A program made the translations under genes and the position numbers. A stretch of 64,000 bases of DNA from an uncultured bacterium. Its GTDB lineage: Bacteria > Actinomycetota > Acidimicrobiia > Spongiisociales > UBA5794. The stretch covers positions 32,001-96,000 of the forward strand of contig CAWDDT010000003.1 of NCBI GenBank assembly GCA_963801165.1, read 5' to 3'. The stretch's first letter is position 1. Each line of letters starts with the position of its first letter. The notes below the pieces were generated by a model. That model saw only the letters and a program-made list of their open reading frames with translations, was not told the origin of the DNA and did no database searches. Shown one piece after another: positions 40,673-50,615 of the stretch.

Positions 40673-41470
40673 ATGGATGATTTCGTCGAAGCCGACCTTC
40701 GCGGCGTTGGATTTGAGAGCACCCGCCTCAACGACGCCAATTTCGAGCACGTGGATCTGACCGGGGCGACGTTCCGTTCCTGCGACCTCAGTTCCGTCAC
40801 GTTCCGTGGCGTCGACATGCGTGACGTTCGCATTAGCGGTGCGGAGATGGTGAATGTCGAGATCGACGCTGAGCTGGTCAACGTCGTGGTCAACGGTGTT
40901 GACATCGGTCCTCTCGTCGAGGCAGAGCTCGATCACCGTGACCCGGATCGGGCCAGGATGCGGCCAACCGATCCGGCAGGGTTCGAGGAGGCATGGGACA
41001 TAGTCGAGCAACGCTGGGAAGACACTGTCGGACGGGCCCGCCGGCTCGACCCCCTACTCCTCCATGAGTCGGTGAACGGGGAGTGGTCATTCATCGAGAC
41101 TCTCCGGCATCTCGTGTTCGCCACCGACGCCTGGATCCGGCGGGCCATCCTCGGTGACCCGGCACCGTGGGATCCTCTCGACCTGCCCTGGGATGGCATG
41201 CCCGACACCCCGGGGATACCTCGTGATCGCAGTGCCCGTCCTTCGCTCGACGATGTACTGGCCCTCCGTCGCGACCGGATGGATACCGTTCGTCACGTCA
41301 TCGAGGGGCTGACCGATGAGAGCCTCGACGAACAGACCACGCCGGTCGGTGGTCCCGGCTGGCCTCCACCACGGAGCTTCCCGGTGCGCGAATGCCTGTC
41401 GGTGATACTCAACGAGGAGTATCTGCACCGGTTGTTCGCCGAGCGTGACCTCGCTGTCCTGGAGGGCTAG
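40673..41470 (+). CDS. Pentapeptide-repeat + DinB_2 domain protein
   Basis: ADLRGVGF...VDLTGATF repeats, then EWSFIETLRHLVFATDAW...EEYLH. Confidence 0.82.
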   Translation: MDDFVEADLRGVGFESTRLNDANFEHVDLTGATFRSCDLSSVTFRGVDMRDVRISGAEMVNVEIDAELVNVVVNGVDIGPLVEAELDHRDPDRARMRPTDPAGFEEAWDIVEQRWEDTVGRARRLDPLLLHESVNGEWSFIETLRHLVFATDAWIRRAILGDPAPWDPLDLPWDGMPDTPGIPRDRSARPSLDDVLALRRDRMDTVRHVIEGLTDESLDEQTTPVGGPGWPPPRSFPVRECLSVILNEEYLHRLFAERDLAVLEG

Positions 41471-41487
41471 ACAACCTTGCGGAGACG

Positions 41488-42693
41488 CTAGGACTCGGCG
41501 CGATCGGCGAGCACGAGCAGCAGCTCGAACCGGGTGGTGGCGTCGTCGAGGTCATCTCCGAGCAGGTCGCGCAGCTGTCTGATCCGGTAGCTGACGGTCT
41601 GCGGATGAACGTGTAGCTCGACGGCGACTGCGGTGCGGGAGCCCCAATGGCGCAGCCAACTGTGGAGAGTCTCGAGAAGTCGCTGGCGGGTTGTTTCGCG
41701 CAGGTCGACAAGAGCGGAAAGTCTGCGCTCGGACAGGAACGCGAGCGCGCTCTGCTCACCGCGCAACGCCAGCGTCACCAGATGATCTTCAACGAAAATC
41801 GGGTCGTCTGAATCCGGCGCCTCTACATTCCGGTCGGCGGCGAGTTGCGCTGCGAGCTCGGTGAGCCGGACTGCCTGGGGCAGACGTGCCCAGTTGACGG
41901 TCGGTCCGACCACGGCACCCCGACCGTGCAGGGTCTCAGCGAGTTGGGCTCGTGACGAAAGTACGCCCCGGCGAAGTATGAGCACGGAGTCGTGCTCACG
42001 CTCGGTGACGACCGCCTCGCTGCGGTAGTGGAACCGGGCGTGTCTTGTCTGCTCGGGTGGCAGGATGACCGGCACCAGGGCGTCGATCCGCCGCCACCCG
42101 ATGCCGTCCGCCGCCGCCAGGATCGCTCGCTCGGGGGTGCCGCCACGCAGCAGCAGCTCGGACAGCAGCCGGCGTCGCCGGTCACTTTCGCCCGCCTGCT
42201 CGCGCAGCTGGAGGGTGAAGCCGTCGGTACTGGCCGCAGCCAACTCGTCGACGAAAGTCGTGATCGCGTCGGATAGATCAACGAGGTCCTCCGTGTCGAT
42301 CGGTCGGACCCTGGACAAGGCATCGGACGTGGTACGCATCAGCACACGGGCAGCGGTGCGGAGGGCAGAAAGCAGCGTCTCAGGGGTGCGATCCTCCCGG
42401 GCTTCAGCAGCACCGAGCTCAACGAACGTCTCCCGGACGCGCGCCGGCAGGGCCGCGTCGTCGGTTCCGACGAGCTCGAGAAACCGTTCCAGAGCCACCC
42501 GGACACCGCGTTGAACATCCATGGCGAGTTTTGCATTGTCGGCGAGTTTTGCGTTGTCGGCGACACCGGGGATGGCGGCTGTGATCTGATCGGCGATGGC
42601 CCGAACGGTGGCATCCAGCCGGCTGCGCAGGGCCGGGCCCAGTTCCAGCGGCAAGCGCTGCCACGGAGTCGACGATACGGCTGGGACGGTCAT
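41488..42693 (-). CDS. PucR/CdaR-family regulator
   Basis: C-terminal LLETLHSWL..GS.TAVAVELHVHPQTVSYRIRQL. Confidence 0.85.
   Translation of the reverse strand: MTVPAVSSTPWQRLPLELGPALRSRLDATVRAIADQITAAIPGVADNAKLADNAKLAMDVQRGVRVALERFLELVGTDDAALPARVRETFVELGAAEAREDRTPETLLSALRTAARVLMRTTSDALSRVRPIDTEDLVDLSDAITTFVDELAAASTDGFTLQLREQAGESDRRRRLLSELLLRGGTPERAILAAADGIGWRRIDALVPVILPPEQTRHARFHYRSEAVVTEREHDSVLILRRGVLSSRAQLAETLHGRGAVVGPTVNWARLPQAVRLTELAAQLAADRNVEAPDSDDPIFVEDHLVTLALRGEQSALAFLSERRLSALVDLRETTRQRLLETLHSWLRHWGSRTAVAVELHVHPQTVSYRIRQLRDLLGDDLDDATTRFELLLVLADRAES
42523..42563. repeat. 18-bp in-frame tandem duplication (ADNAKL x2)
   Basis: GGCGAGTTTTGCATTGTC GGCGAGTTTTGCGTTGTC GGCGA. Confidence 0.8.
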
Positions 42694-42815
42694 AGAAGCG
42701 AATCTATCATATTGTGCTAGATCCTTCTTCGAATATCGGTCATTCGGGGACGTAGAAATGTCACGTTCCGTTTGCGATGATAGATAGTGACGCTGAGATG
42801 ACCAAGGAGGTCCCC

Positions 42816-45080
42816 GTGGAGCACCAGATGTCACGCCAGCACGTGGTCGATATGTGCCGCACCATGCTGGAAAGGGGCTACCTCAAGGCGACAGAGGGCA
42901 ATGTGTCCGTTCGGATTCCCGGGCACCGTCTTTATGCCGTCACTCCAAGCAACTACGACTACGACAAGATGCGGATCGATGACATCTGCGTCGTCGACTT
43001 CGACGGCAATCACATTCCCGATGAGTCGAGCCCTGTCATGGCGCCGTCCATCGAAGCCGGGATGCACGCCAATGTCTACCGGGCGCGCCCCGACGTCAAC
43101 GCCATCGTTCATACCCATCAGCCGTATGCCTCGGCTCTGGCGTTCCTGCGCAAGGAGATCCCGGCGCTGACCGACGAGCAGGTCCGCTTTCTCGGCAAGC
43201 GGGTGGCCATCATCGACTACGCCCCGTCGGGCACCGGGTTCCTTGCCAGGAAAGTCGAGAAGAAGATCGCGAGCGGAGACAACGCCTTCATCATCGCCAA
43301 CCACGGAATCGTGGCTCTCGGTACCGATCCCGTCCGGGCCGTATTCAACATGGCGTTGCTCGAGAAGGTCTCCATCGCCTATCTGCTGAGTCTCCTCACC
43401 GAATCGGGGAAGGTCTACACCATCCCGGATTGGGTGCGCGAGATTGCCTTCACCAAGCTGCGCAAGGACGAGAAGAGGATCGCCGCCCAGATCAGCGAAT
43501 CGGTTCCATCGGTGCGGGTTTCGACCGACGAGGAACTGCCCAGTGCCGACGCCGCCGCAGCCCGGATCGCCGCCGACGGCCCCACCGTACCGGAGACCCG
43601 TGTCGTCGAAGTTCCAGGTAGCGAATCGGCCCTTCTCGGCTATGCCATCAGCGAGTATCCGGATGTCGAGGACACCATGCGCCGTCTCGATGCCCTCGTG
43701 GCTCAGCCGGTGCGCGGGTTGAGACATGATGCTCTGCTCGACGTCCTCAACTACTTCGAGACGAAGTGCGCCGGCAGCAAGGAGATCACCGATCGGGCCA
43801 GAGCACGCATACCGGGCGGGGTGCAGCACAACCTGGCTTTCAACTACCCGTTCCCGCTCGCCATCGGCGGGGCAGAAGGCGCTCACCTCACAGACCGCGA
43901 CGGCAATACCTACATCGACTTCCTCCAGGCGGGTGGCCCGACCATTCTCGGCAGCAACTACGCACCGGTCAACGAGCAGGTGGCGGCCGTTGTCCGCCGG
44001 TCCGGGCCGGTCACCGGGCTGTTCCACGAGTACGAGCTCAAGCTGGCTGAGATCATCCACCGCTACATGCCGCACATCGAGATGTACCGGTCGCTCGGTT
44101 CGGGAACCGAAGCCGTGATGGCCGCCGTGCGCGCGGCCCGGACGTACACGGGCAACAAAATGGTGATGAAGGTTGGCGGCGCCTACCACGGCTGGTCGGA
44201 CACCATGGTCTACGGTTTGCGCGTGCCCGGCACGTACCGGATGAACGCCAAGGGTATTCCTTTCGGCGCCACCAGCCGTACCCGTGAGGTCTTCCCGCAT
44301 GATCTGGGCGCGCTGAAACGGAAGTTTGTCGAGAACAGGGCTCGTGGTGGGACCGCGGCTGTGATCGTCGAGCCACTCGGACCGGAGTCGGGGACCCGTC
44401 CCGTCCCCCCTGACTACAACGCCAGGGTCCGGGAGCTTTGTGACGAGTTCGGGTCTCTGCTGATATTCGACGAGGTCGTCACCGGTTTCCGGGTTGGTAT
44501 GGGCGGCGCCGCCGGCTATTTCGGCGTCACTCCGGACCTGACCGTGTTCGGCAAGGCGGTGGCGGGTGGCTATCCGATGGCCGGTGGTGTCGGTGGTCGA
44601 TCCGACGTGATGGCCGTCTTCGGCTCCGGGCTCGATGGGAAATCCGGCGCCCACATCCAGGTCGGCGGAACGCTGTCTGCGAACCCGCTGTCCTGTGCCG
44701 CAGGCTTCTTCGCCATCGAGGAGATGGCCCGGACCAACGCCCCGGTGATCGCCGGGCGCGCCGGCGACCGTCTCGCTCGCGGGCTACGGCGCCTGATAGA
44801 CAAGTACGGTCTTCCCTATGTGGTCTACAACCAGGGCTCGATCGTCCACCTCGAATGCAGCGGTGTCATGTTGCTCGACATGCACAACCCCGTGAAGTTG
44901 CTCAAGGAGAAAGACGTCCGCAAGGAGTTGATGGAGCAAATGGGAGCGGCGTATGCGGCACACGGCATCATCACGCTGGCAGGGTCCCGGATGTACACCT
45001 CGATGGCCGACACCGACTCGGTGATCGACGATGCGCTGGCCCGCTTCGACGCAGTATTCGCTCTCGTCGAAGGGGTGTAG
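42816..45080 (+). CDS. Fusion of class II aldolase/adducin and class III (GSA-aminomutase-like) aminotransferase
   Basis: N-term TEGNVSVR, PSIEAGMH, VHTHQ, NHG; C-term IPGGVQ, SGTEAVMAAVR, YHGWSD, LIFDEVVTGFR, FGKAVAGGYP, GTLSANP; AAGGAGG SD. Confidence 0.88.
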   Translation: MEHQMSRQHVVDMCRTMLERGYLKATEGNVSVRIPGHRLYAVTPSNYDYDKMRIDDICVVDFDGNHIPDESSPVMAPSIEAGMHANVYRARPDVNAIVHTHQPYASALAFLRKEIPALTDEQVRFLGKRVAIIDYAPSGTGFLARKVEKKIASGDNAFIIANHGIVALGTDPVRAVFNMALLEKVSIAYLLSLLTESGKVYTIPDWVREIAFTKLRKDEKRIAAQISESVPSVRVSTDEELPSADAAAARIAADGPTVPETRVVEVPGSESALLGYAISEYPDVEDTMRRLDALVAQPVRGLRHDALLDVLNYFETKCAGSKEITDRARARIPGGVQHNLAFNYPFPLAIGGAEGAHLTDRDGNTYIDFLQAGGPTILGSNYAPVNEQVAAVVRRSGPVTGLFHEYELKLAEIIHRYMPHIEMYRSLGSGTEAVMAAVRAARTYTGNKMVMKVGGAYHGWSDTMVYGLRVPGTYRMNAKGIPFGATSRTREVFPHDLGALKRKFVENRARGGTAAVIVEPLGPESGTRPVPPDYNARVRELCDEFGSLLIFDEVVTGFRVGMGGAAGYFGVTPDLTVFGKAVAGGYPMAGGVGGRSDVMAVFGSGLDGKSGAHIQVGGTLSANPLSCAAGFFAIEEMARTNAPVIAGRAGDRLARGLRRLIDKYGLPYVVYNQGSIVHLECSGVMLLDMHNPVKLLKEKDVRKELMEQMGAAYAAHGIITLAGSRMYTSMADTDSVIDDALARFDAVFALVEGV

Positions 45081-45322
45081 CCGGCCCGGCTCAGGGGCTG
45101 GCCCTTTGCGTCGTGGTCGCGTGCGTAGGAGCCGATGGCTGTTCCGTACCGCCTGGTAGGCGTCCGACAAGCAGCATTCGATAGTCGGCTCCGGAATGTC
45201 GCCCTTCCGGGGTAGCCGGCGCTATGCCCGGGTCGGCAATTGGGGGGAGGAGGCTCTCGATTGGTGGTCGGTAGCAGGCCCTCGAAGCAGCAGGGTACTT
45301 TATCCGCCGGGGTGATGAGAAC

Positions 45323-45361
45323 GGATCGGGTGGTCGCCCGACAGGATCGGGTGGTCGCCCG
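45323..45361. repeat. 21-bp-period tandem duplication
   Basis: GGATCGGGTGGTCGCCCG at 45323 and 45344. Confidence 0.75.
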
Positions 45362-45486
45362 GCATTGGACCCGCTCTGCCAGCCGCGGCGGTTGCACGGA
45401 AGGATCACATCCGTAATCCGCTCATGAGTATCAATAGTGCGTATGGAGCCTTCACATGCCCGTGGCGATGCACTAATGCTGAAGTC

Positions 45487-45771
45487 ATGGATATCACAGA
45501 GAGGTCTCGTTGGGCGCGAAGACCCTTGGCCACCGTCCTGATCCTGGCTCTGGTCGCGGTACTCGCCATGTTGCTAGGGCATTTTGCGTTGGCACTGGTG
45601 CTAGGCGGTGCCCTTCTCATCGGACTCGCGGCGTGGTTCGGCGATCCGCTCGTTGCCCGGGTCACGTCCGAGCACGACGCCGGCCGGGTACTGGTGTGGG
45701 ATCTGCTGCTCGTGGGCGTGGTCCTGCTTGCTCTGATCGGGATCGGGATGATGGCAGCACCGCTGCGCTAG
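45487..45771 (+). CDS. Small hypothetical membrane protein
   Basis: Three hydrophobic segments, GC3-rich codons. Confidence 0.6.
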   Translation: MDITERSRWARRPLATVLILALVAVLAMLLGHFALALVLGGALLIGLAAWFGDPLVARVTSEHDAGRVLVWDLLLVGVVLLALIGIGMMAAPLR

Positions 45772-46040
45772 GAGGGTGTCTGGTTGGTGTCTTGTTCACG
45801 TGGATCAGCTACCCCTCATCAGTCGTAGATGACGAGGCACCCAGGAATCCGCAGCTCATTTGTTGTCACTCCCCGGATGAGTGGAGCGCGTCGGAGCGGT
45901 GGTAGTGCCACACCCGGGTACCGGTTCACCCGACCAATCCGTGATCGCCGGGCGCAGGCACCGGGTCCGCCCTGGGTCTCTTCAGGCAACAGAGTCAGTA
46001 GGCAGCCATCCCGGATGAGAAACGAGGCAGACCGCAAGCA

Positions 46041-46079
46041 TCTCACCTGACTCTCATTCTGTTCTCAGGTGCCCCTTAG
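46041..46079 (+). promoter_or_regulatory. 11-bp-period direct repeats, OmpR/MprA-type response-regulator box
   Basis: TCTCAC(46041), TCTCAT(46052), TCTCAG(46063), CCTTAG(46074), each 5 nt apart. Confidence 0.55.
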
Positions 46080-46181
46080 CCGGCGGGCGAAACTTGGTGG
46101 TTTCGAGAGCTCGAAACCGAGATCTCGAACCGAACAACTCATCCGTTCCACCCGTGAACGGCAGGCAGGGAGGATTCACCG

Positions 46182-46808
46182 ATGCAATACCAGCCGGCCT
46201 CCGCGACCCCACGTAATCCACTGGGGTACCGCAGTTTCGTTCGAACATCAGCGCGATCGTCCCTGTCCTCGGGCATACGGATCATCGCTCTCATCGCCGT
46301 GCTCGGCATGGCGGCCTCCGCGTGCGGCGGTGGGGACTTGACCGAGACCACAACGACCACGACCGCTCCGACCGCCAGCAGTAGCACGACGGCAGCGGCC
46401 TCGACCACGACCGCCGCTGCTCCGGCCACGACCGCCGCTACTACGACCACGACCAGTGCCGCGAGCAGCACGACTGCCGCGACAACGACTACGACGACGG
46501 TGTCGGACACCGGCCTCCTCTCGGGGAAGTGGTCCGGGAATTACAGCGGCTCCTACGAAGGAACCTTCGACCTCACGTGGCAACAGTCAGGGTCGGCGTT
46601 GACCGGCACGATCACACTTCCCTCGTTGGGAGGCGACCTTGCTATCAACGGGACCGTGGACGGCGACACCATCCAGTTTGGTACCGTCGGCTCGCAGGAG
46701 ATCACCTATTCGGGCTCGGTCTCAGGGAGCTCCATGTCAGGCACGTGGGAGATGAGCGGTGCGGGCAGCGGCTCGTGGAGCGCCACCAAGACCTCCGACA
46801 GCCCGTGA
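46182..46808 (+). CDS. Lipoprotein with Thr/Ala-rich linker and small beta-rich domain
   Basis: Lipobox-like AASAC after a hydrophobic stretch; poly-T/A tract; LSGKWSGNY...GTW; GGAGG SD. Confidence 0.75.
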   Translation: MQYQPASATPRNPLGYRSFVRTSARSSLSSGIRIIALIAVLGMAASACGGGDLTETTTTTTAPTASSSTTAAASTTTAAAPATTAATTTTTSAASSTTAATTTTTTVSDTGLLSGKWSGNYSGSYEGTFDLTWQQSGSALTGTITLPSLGGDLAINGTVDGDTIQFGTVGSQEITYSGSVSGSSMSGTWEMSGAGSGSWSATKTSDSP

Positions 46809-46952
46809 TGCCGGATCGTGACGTCGGCGGGGGATAGGGACGACGGTTCGACCTCAGCTCCACACTTCAGGGCGTGCTCATTGAACGGTGACATTTCCCC
46901 GAGGGGCCCTACCGGGCCACCGGAGTAGCGGCCGGTGCGTCGATTTCTGGCG

Positions 46953-47735
46953 TCACGTCACCCGGTTCGCCAGAGATCCGACGTGGTCGATCTCCACCCG
47001 GATGACATCTCCCCGGGCCAGGTAAACCGGTGGTGTGCGGGCGAATCCGACACCGGGGGGAGTGCCGGTGGCGATGAGATCGCCCGGCTCCAGAGTGATC
47101 CCCTGGGATATGTAGCTCACCAGCGCGTCGACACCGAAGAGCATGAGCGCCGTATCCGATTCCTGCATCACCTCGCCGTTGAGCACACACCGGATGCCGA
47201 GGGTCTGCGGGTCGGGGACCTCGTCGGCCGTCACCACCCACGGGCCCACGGGACAGAAGGTGTCGAGTGACTTGCCCCTTGTCCATTGTCCGTCGCCGAA
47301 CTGGAGATCACGCGCCGAGACGTCGTTGACGCACGTGTAGCCGAAGACATACGAGCGGGCATCGGTCGCTGTGACCTTGCTGGTCCGGCGGGCGATGACG
47401 ACACCGAGCTCTGCCTCGAAGTCGACCTGATCGCTGAAATCGGGGAGCCGGATATTCTCGCTCGCACCGATCAAGCTGTTGGGCAGTTTGGCGAATATCA
47501 GGGGTTCCGGGGGCGGCGGGTCTCCGCTCTCGGCGGCGTGGTCGGCATAGTTGAGGCCGACACAGATGATCTTGGCGCCCCTGCCAACCGGTGAGAGAAG
47601 ATCCACCGCCGACAAGGCGATTGGTTCGCCGGCCGGTCTCGGGGCGAGGAGGTCGTCACCAGCCGGGACGATGGCGTCTCCGTCGATGACCCCAATGCTT
47701 TGTTTTCCCCGGTACCGGTACCGAGCTACCTTCAT
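46953..47735 (-). CDS. Fumarylacetoacetate hydrolase family protein
   Basis: KIICVGLNYADH, DFEAEL, NDVSARD, GKSLDTFCP, IATGTPPGVG. Confidence 0.92.
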   Translation of the reverse strand: MKVARYRYRGKQSIGVIDGDAIVPAGDDLLAPRPAGEPIALSAVDLLSPVGRGAKIICVGLNYADHAAESGDPPPPEPLIFAKLPNSLIGASENIRLPDFSDQVDFEAELGVVIARRTSKVTATDARSYVFGYTCVNDVSARDLQFGDGQWTRGKSLDTFCPVGPWVVTADEVPDPQTLGIRCVLNGEVMQESDTALMLFGVDALVSYISQGITLEPGDLIATGTPPGVGFARTPPVYLARGDVIRVEIDHVGSLANRVT

Positions 47736-48754
47736 TTGGGCCCACCTTTGGGATCGTTGCCCAGGCCATAGGTGGCGGGGTCGAGCCTGCCATCGGCCAG
47801 ACACTCCTCGAAAACGTCGACCGTGGAGCGCACCGCCGTGTCGAGCGGCGTCACCAGCACCGGACCGATCTGTTCCAGCCCGGTGCTCTCGATGTCCGCC
47901 GGGAAGGGGAGTGCAGGCTCCGCCACACTGATGAGCGATGCCGCGTCGGGGATGACCCGATCTATCGCCTCCACGAACTCGTCAATTGACACCAGCGAAC
48001 CGGCCAGATTGAACACGTGGGCCCCGCTCAAGCCGCTCCGGGCTGCTTGCAGCAGCGTCGACGCCACATCCTCGGCGTATTGGAAAAGCGTACGGCCACC
48101 AAAGCCGATCCGGTAGGGGCGACCGAGGAGCGCGGCCAGGATCGCCTTGGTCGGGTCGCTGGTCAGTCCCTGGTCGCGCCCGGGGCCAAAGATGGTCATG
48201 GGTCGGAGGCCGATACTCGACAAGCCGTGCTCGAGCCAATAGACCCTGGCGTTTCCTTCGTTGGCCTGCTTGTAGACGCCATAGTGGCTCGCCGGGTGCG
48301 GTGTCGCGTTGGCAGCGAGATGCCCCGTCACCGGGTCACCGTCATCGACGTCGAATACGCCGATCGAGCTCGTGTACACGAGACCGCGCACCTGGTCGCG
48401 CCTGCGTCTGATCGCCTCGAGCACGTTCACCGTCCCCAGCACGTTGACCCGGGCTCCGAGCGGAGGATCGGCCCGGCAGAAGGGCACCTGGAGAGCGGCG
48501 AGGTGGACGACATGGGTGATGCCGTGCTCGGCAATTGCGGTTTCCACCGCGTCCAGGTCGGAGATGTCGCCGGTGAGCAGGGTGACCCGATCGAGCTCCT
48601 CAGGAGACAGCAGCAGACGTAGGCGTTTGGGCTCCCCGGCGAGATCGAAGCCGACAACCGGCGTGCCTGTGCGTACAAGGCATCTCAGTGTCCAGGCTCC
48701 GACGAAACCGAGTGCCCCCGTTACGAGGAACCGCTCATTCAAATCGTTCAGCAT
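47732..48754 (-). CDS. NAD-dependent epimerase/dehydratase (extended SDR)
   Basis: TGALGFVG, HLAALQ, YGVYK; ATGA overlap with the FAH gene. Confidence 0.88.
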   Translation of the reverse strand: MLNDLNERFLVTGALGFVGAWTLRCLVRTGTPVVGFDLAGEPKRLRLLLSPEELDRVTLLTGDISDLDAVETAIAEHGITHVVHLAALQVPFCRADPPLGARVNVLGTVNVLEAIRRRRDQVRGLVYTSSIGVFDVDDGDPVTGHLAANATPHPASHYGVYKQANEGNARVYWLEHGLSSIGLRPMTIFGPGRDQGLTSDPTKAILAALLGRPYRIGFGGRTLFQYAEDVASTLLQAARSGLSGAHVFNLAGSLVSIDEFVEAIDRVIPDAASLISVAEPALPFPADIESTGLEQIGPVLVTPLDTAVRSTVDVFEECLADGRLDPATYGLGNDPKGGPK

Positions 48755-48879
48755 GCTGGTTGATGGTTTAGATGCTGAACGGTAGCGGTGGGTTCGATGT
48801 CGGTCAACCGTGCAACACTGCCCGGGGCGTCGTCATTGCCGTGCGCGACTCGGTCCAGGTTTACCAGCACTTCTGGTAC

Positions 48880-49689
48880 CTACGAGCTTGATTCGGCTGC
48901 GGGCCGCAGCTGGTAGCCCATCATCTCCGTCAAACGGAGAAGGTCGCCGGCGAGGGCGGCACGCCGCTCATCGTCGGTGCCGACCTTGACCAGGGAGACG
49001 CTTGCCGCGTGCCGATCCGAGCCAATGCTCACGGCCGGGAGGGCGACCGCGTAGCACACGATGCCCGGGGCGGTCTCCTCGTCGTCGATGGCGTACCCCC
49101 GTTTCCGCACCTTTTCGAGATCGGCCAGCAAAGCGGTGACGGTGCGATGAGAGCGGGGGGTGAGAACCGGCAACGGCTCCGCATCCACCAGCCGACGGTC
49201 GAGCTCATCATGCGGAAGCGAAGCGAGGGCGGCCTTGCCGAGGGCGGTGCAAGTTGCCGGCAGCCGTCGCCCGATCTCAGAAGCGAGGTGCACGGGCTGA
49301 CTGCCATCGTGACGTGCGATGTATATGACCTCGAGACCGTCGAGAACCCCGAGCTGCATGGTTTCCTGCGAGGCGACCTCGAGCTCGTCGCACGCACGGT
49401 AGAAGGCCCGGACCTCGTCAACACCGGCCAGATAGGCGCCTCCGAGCTCGGCGAGCCTGCGTCCCAAGGTGTATCCGGATCCGCTTCTGGACAGCAAGCC
49501 CGCCGCCACGAGAGCGCCGCAGATGTTGGACACGGACGACTTGGGCAGCGCGAGGCGGCGAGCGAGCGCGCTCGTTCCCAGCGCCTCGGTGGGAACGAGC
49601 GCCAGCAGGTCGAGGATCGCTGCGGCCCTGGTCACAGCGGGAGCCAGCGACTGGGCTCGCTCGGTGGCTTGATTGGAGGTCGCCATCAC
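48880..49689 (-). CDS. IclR-family regulator
   Basis: PAVTRAAAILD, LPKSS, GRRLPATCTALGKA, RGYAIDDEE. Confidence 0.9.
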   Translation of the reverse strand: MMATSNQATERAQSLAPAVTRAAAILDLLALVPTEALGTSALARRLALPKSSVSNICGALVAAGLLSRSGSGYTLGRRLAELGGAYLAGVDEVRAFYRACDELEVASQETMQLGVLDGLEVIYIARHDGSQPVHLASEIGRRLPATCTALGKAALASLPHDELDRRLVDAEPLPVLTPRSHRTVTALLADLEKVRKRGYAIDDEETAPGIVCYAVALPAVSIGSDRHAASVSLVKVGTDDERRAALAGDLLRLTEMMGYQLRPAAESSS

Positions 49690-49844
49690 GTTCGCTCCCG
49701 GTTGGGCATCGGATCATCCTCCCGCCGGCGTCGTACCATCTGGCTGTCGTACGCGTTGCCACGATAATGCGTTCAGTCGGGTTCCCCACGGAGGCGGTAT
49801 TCGCCGTTCACGAGCACGCCGCACCGACCGGCCGGAAGGATCGC

Positions 49845-49883
49845 GTCGTCGTCCAGCGTCGTCGTCCAGCGTCGTTGTCCAGC
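49845..49883. repeat. 13-bp tandem repeat x3
   Basis: GTCGTCGTCCAGC GTCGTCGTCCAGC GTCGTTGTCCAGC. Confidence 0.8.
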
Positions 49884-50008
49884 ATCACTGGAACGTGATT
49901 ATCTGCTCCCGGCGACGCTCGTCGAGGTTGATCACGACCCGGAGGGGGTGGACGGTGATGGGTCCGCCCTCGCATCTCTTCGGAGTAGAAAGTGGCGAGG
50001 ACGTTCGG

Positions 50009-50614
50009 TCAGGGCATCCGACTTGCCGCGATGGTTGCCAGCTGCACGGTGGCGTCGAGCACGGTCCCGGGTCCGGACGGAAGGTATGCCACCTGAACGA
50101 AGATCCCCCCTATGTCCATCGCCACGATGCTCCCTTCAGCGGTGGCGTAGGTGCGGTCGGCTCCGGGAATGTCGACCGACTCGGTGGTGAGCCCGAAGAT
50201 GTCTTCGGAGCTGGACTTGTTCGAGTCGAACGCGTTGGCTCCGGCGTCGAGTATCAACACCTGGGCGGTGGCGAACTCCGAGCCCGTGGAGATCCAGTCG
50301 CATGCGGCCTGGCTCTCGCCGCTGATCGTCTCGTTGAGGGTTCCCTCGCCAAACTCGACGCCGGTAGCGGAGGTGATCTCATCCGCGGTCAGCAGCCCGC
50401 AAGGGTCGATGCCGAGACTGCCCGCGTCGCTCCCGGTGGTCTGGGTGGTCTCTGTGGTCTCGGTGGCCGGGGTCGTTTCCCCGGCCGCCGTGGTCTCGAC
50501 GGCGCCGCTGGCGGGCGCTTGGCTCGTCGATCCCGATTCGCCGGAGTCGGACGAGCAGGAGGCGAGGCTCAGCAGCAACAACAGCGCGATGAGCAGCTTG
50601 GGTATACGGGACAT
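50009..50614 (-). CDS. Lipoprotein (DUF3558-like)
   Basis: Lipobox LASC, S/T-rich linker, DPCGLLTADEI...CDW. Confidence 0.75.
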   Translation of the reverse strand: MSRIPKLLIALLLLLSLASCSSDSGESGSTSQAPASGAVETTAAGETTPATETTETTQTTGSDAGSLGIDPCGLLTADEITSATGVEFGEGTLNETISGESQAACDWISTGSEFATAQVLILDAGANAFDSNKSSSEDIFGLTTESVDIPGADRTYATAEGSIVAMDIGGIFVQVAYLPSGPGTVLDATVQLATIAASRMP

Positions 50615-50615
50615 T

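Noticed and set aside
42816-45080. Call as hemL
   Set aside because: The aldolase fusion, absence of hem genes and divergent PucR regulator indicate a catabolic paralog
45790-45850. Hammerhead ribozyme (CTGATGAG on the minus strand)
   Set aside because: No GAAA core after stem II and no compatible stems I and III
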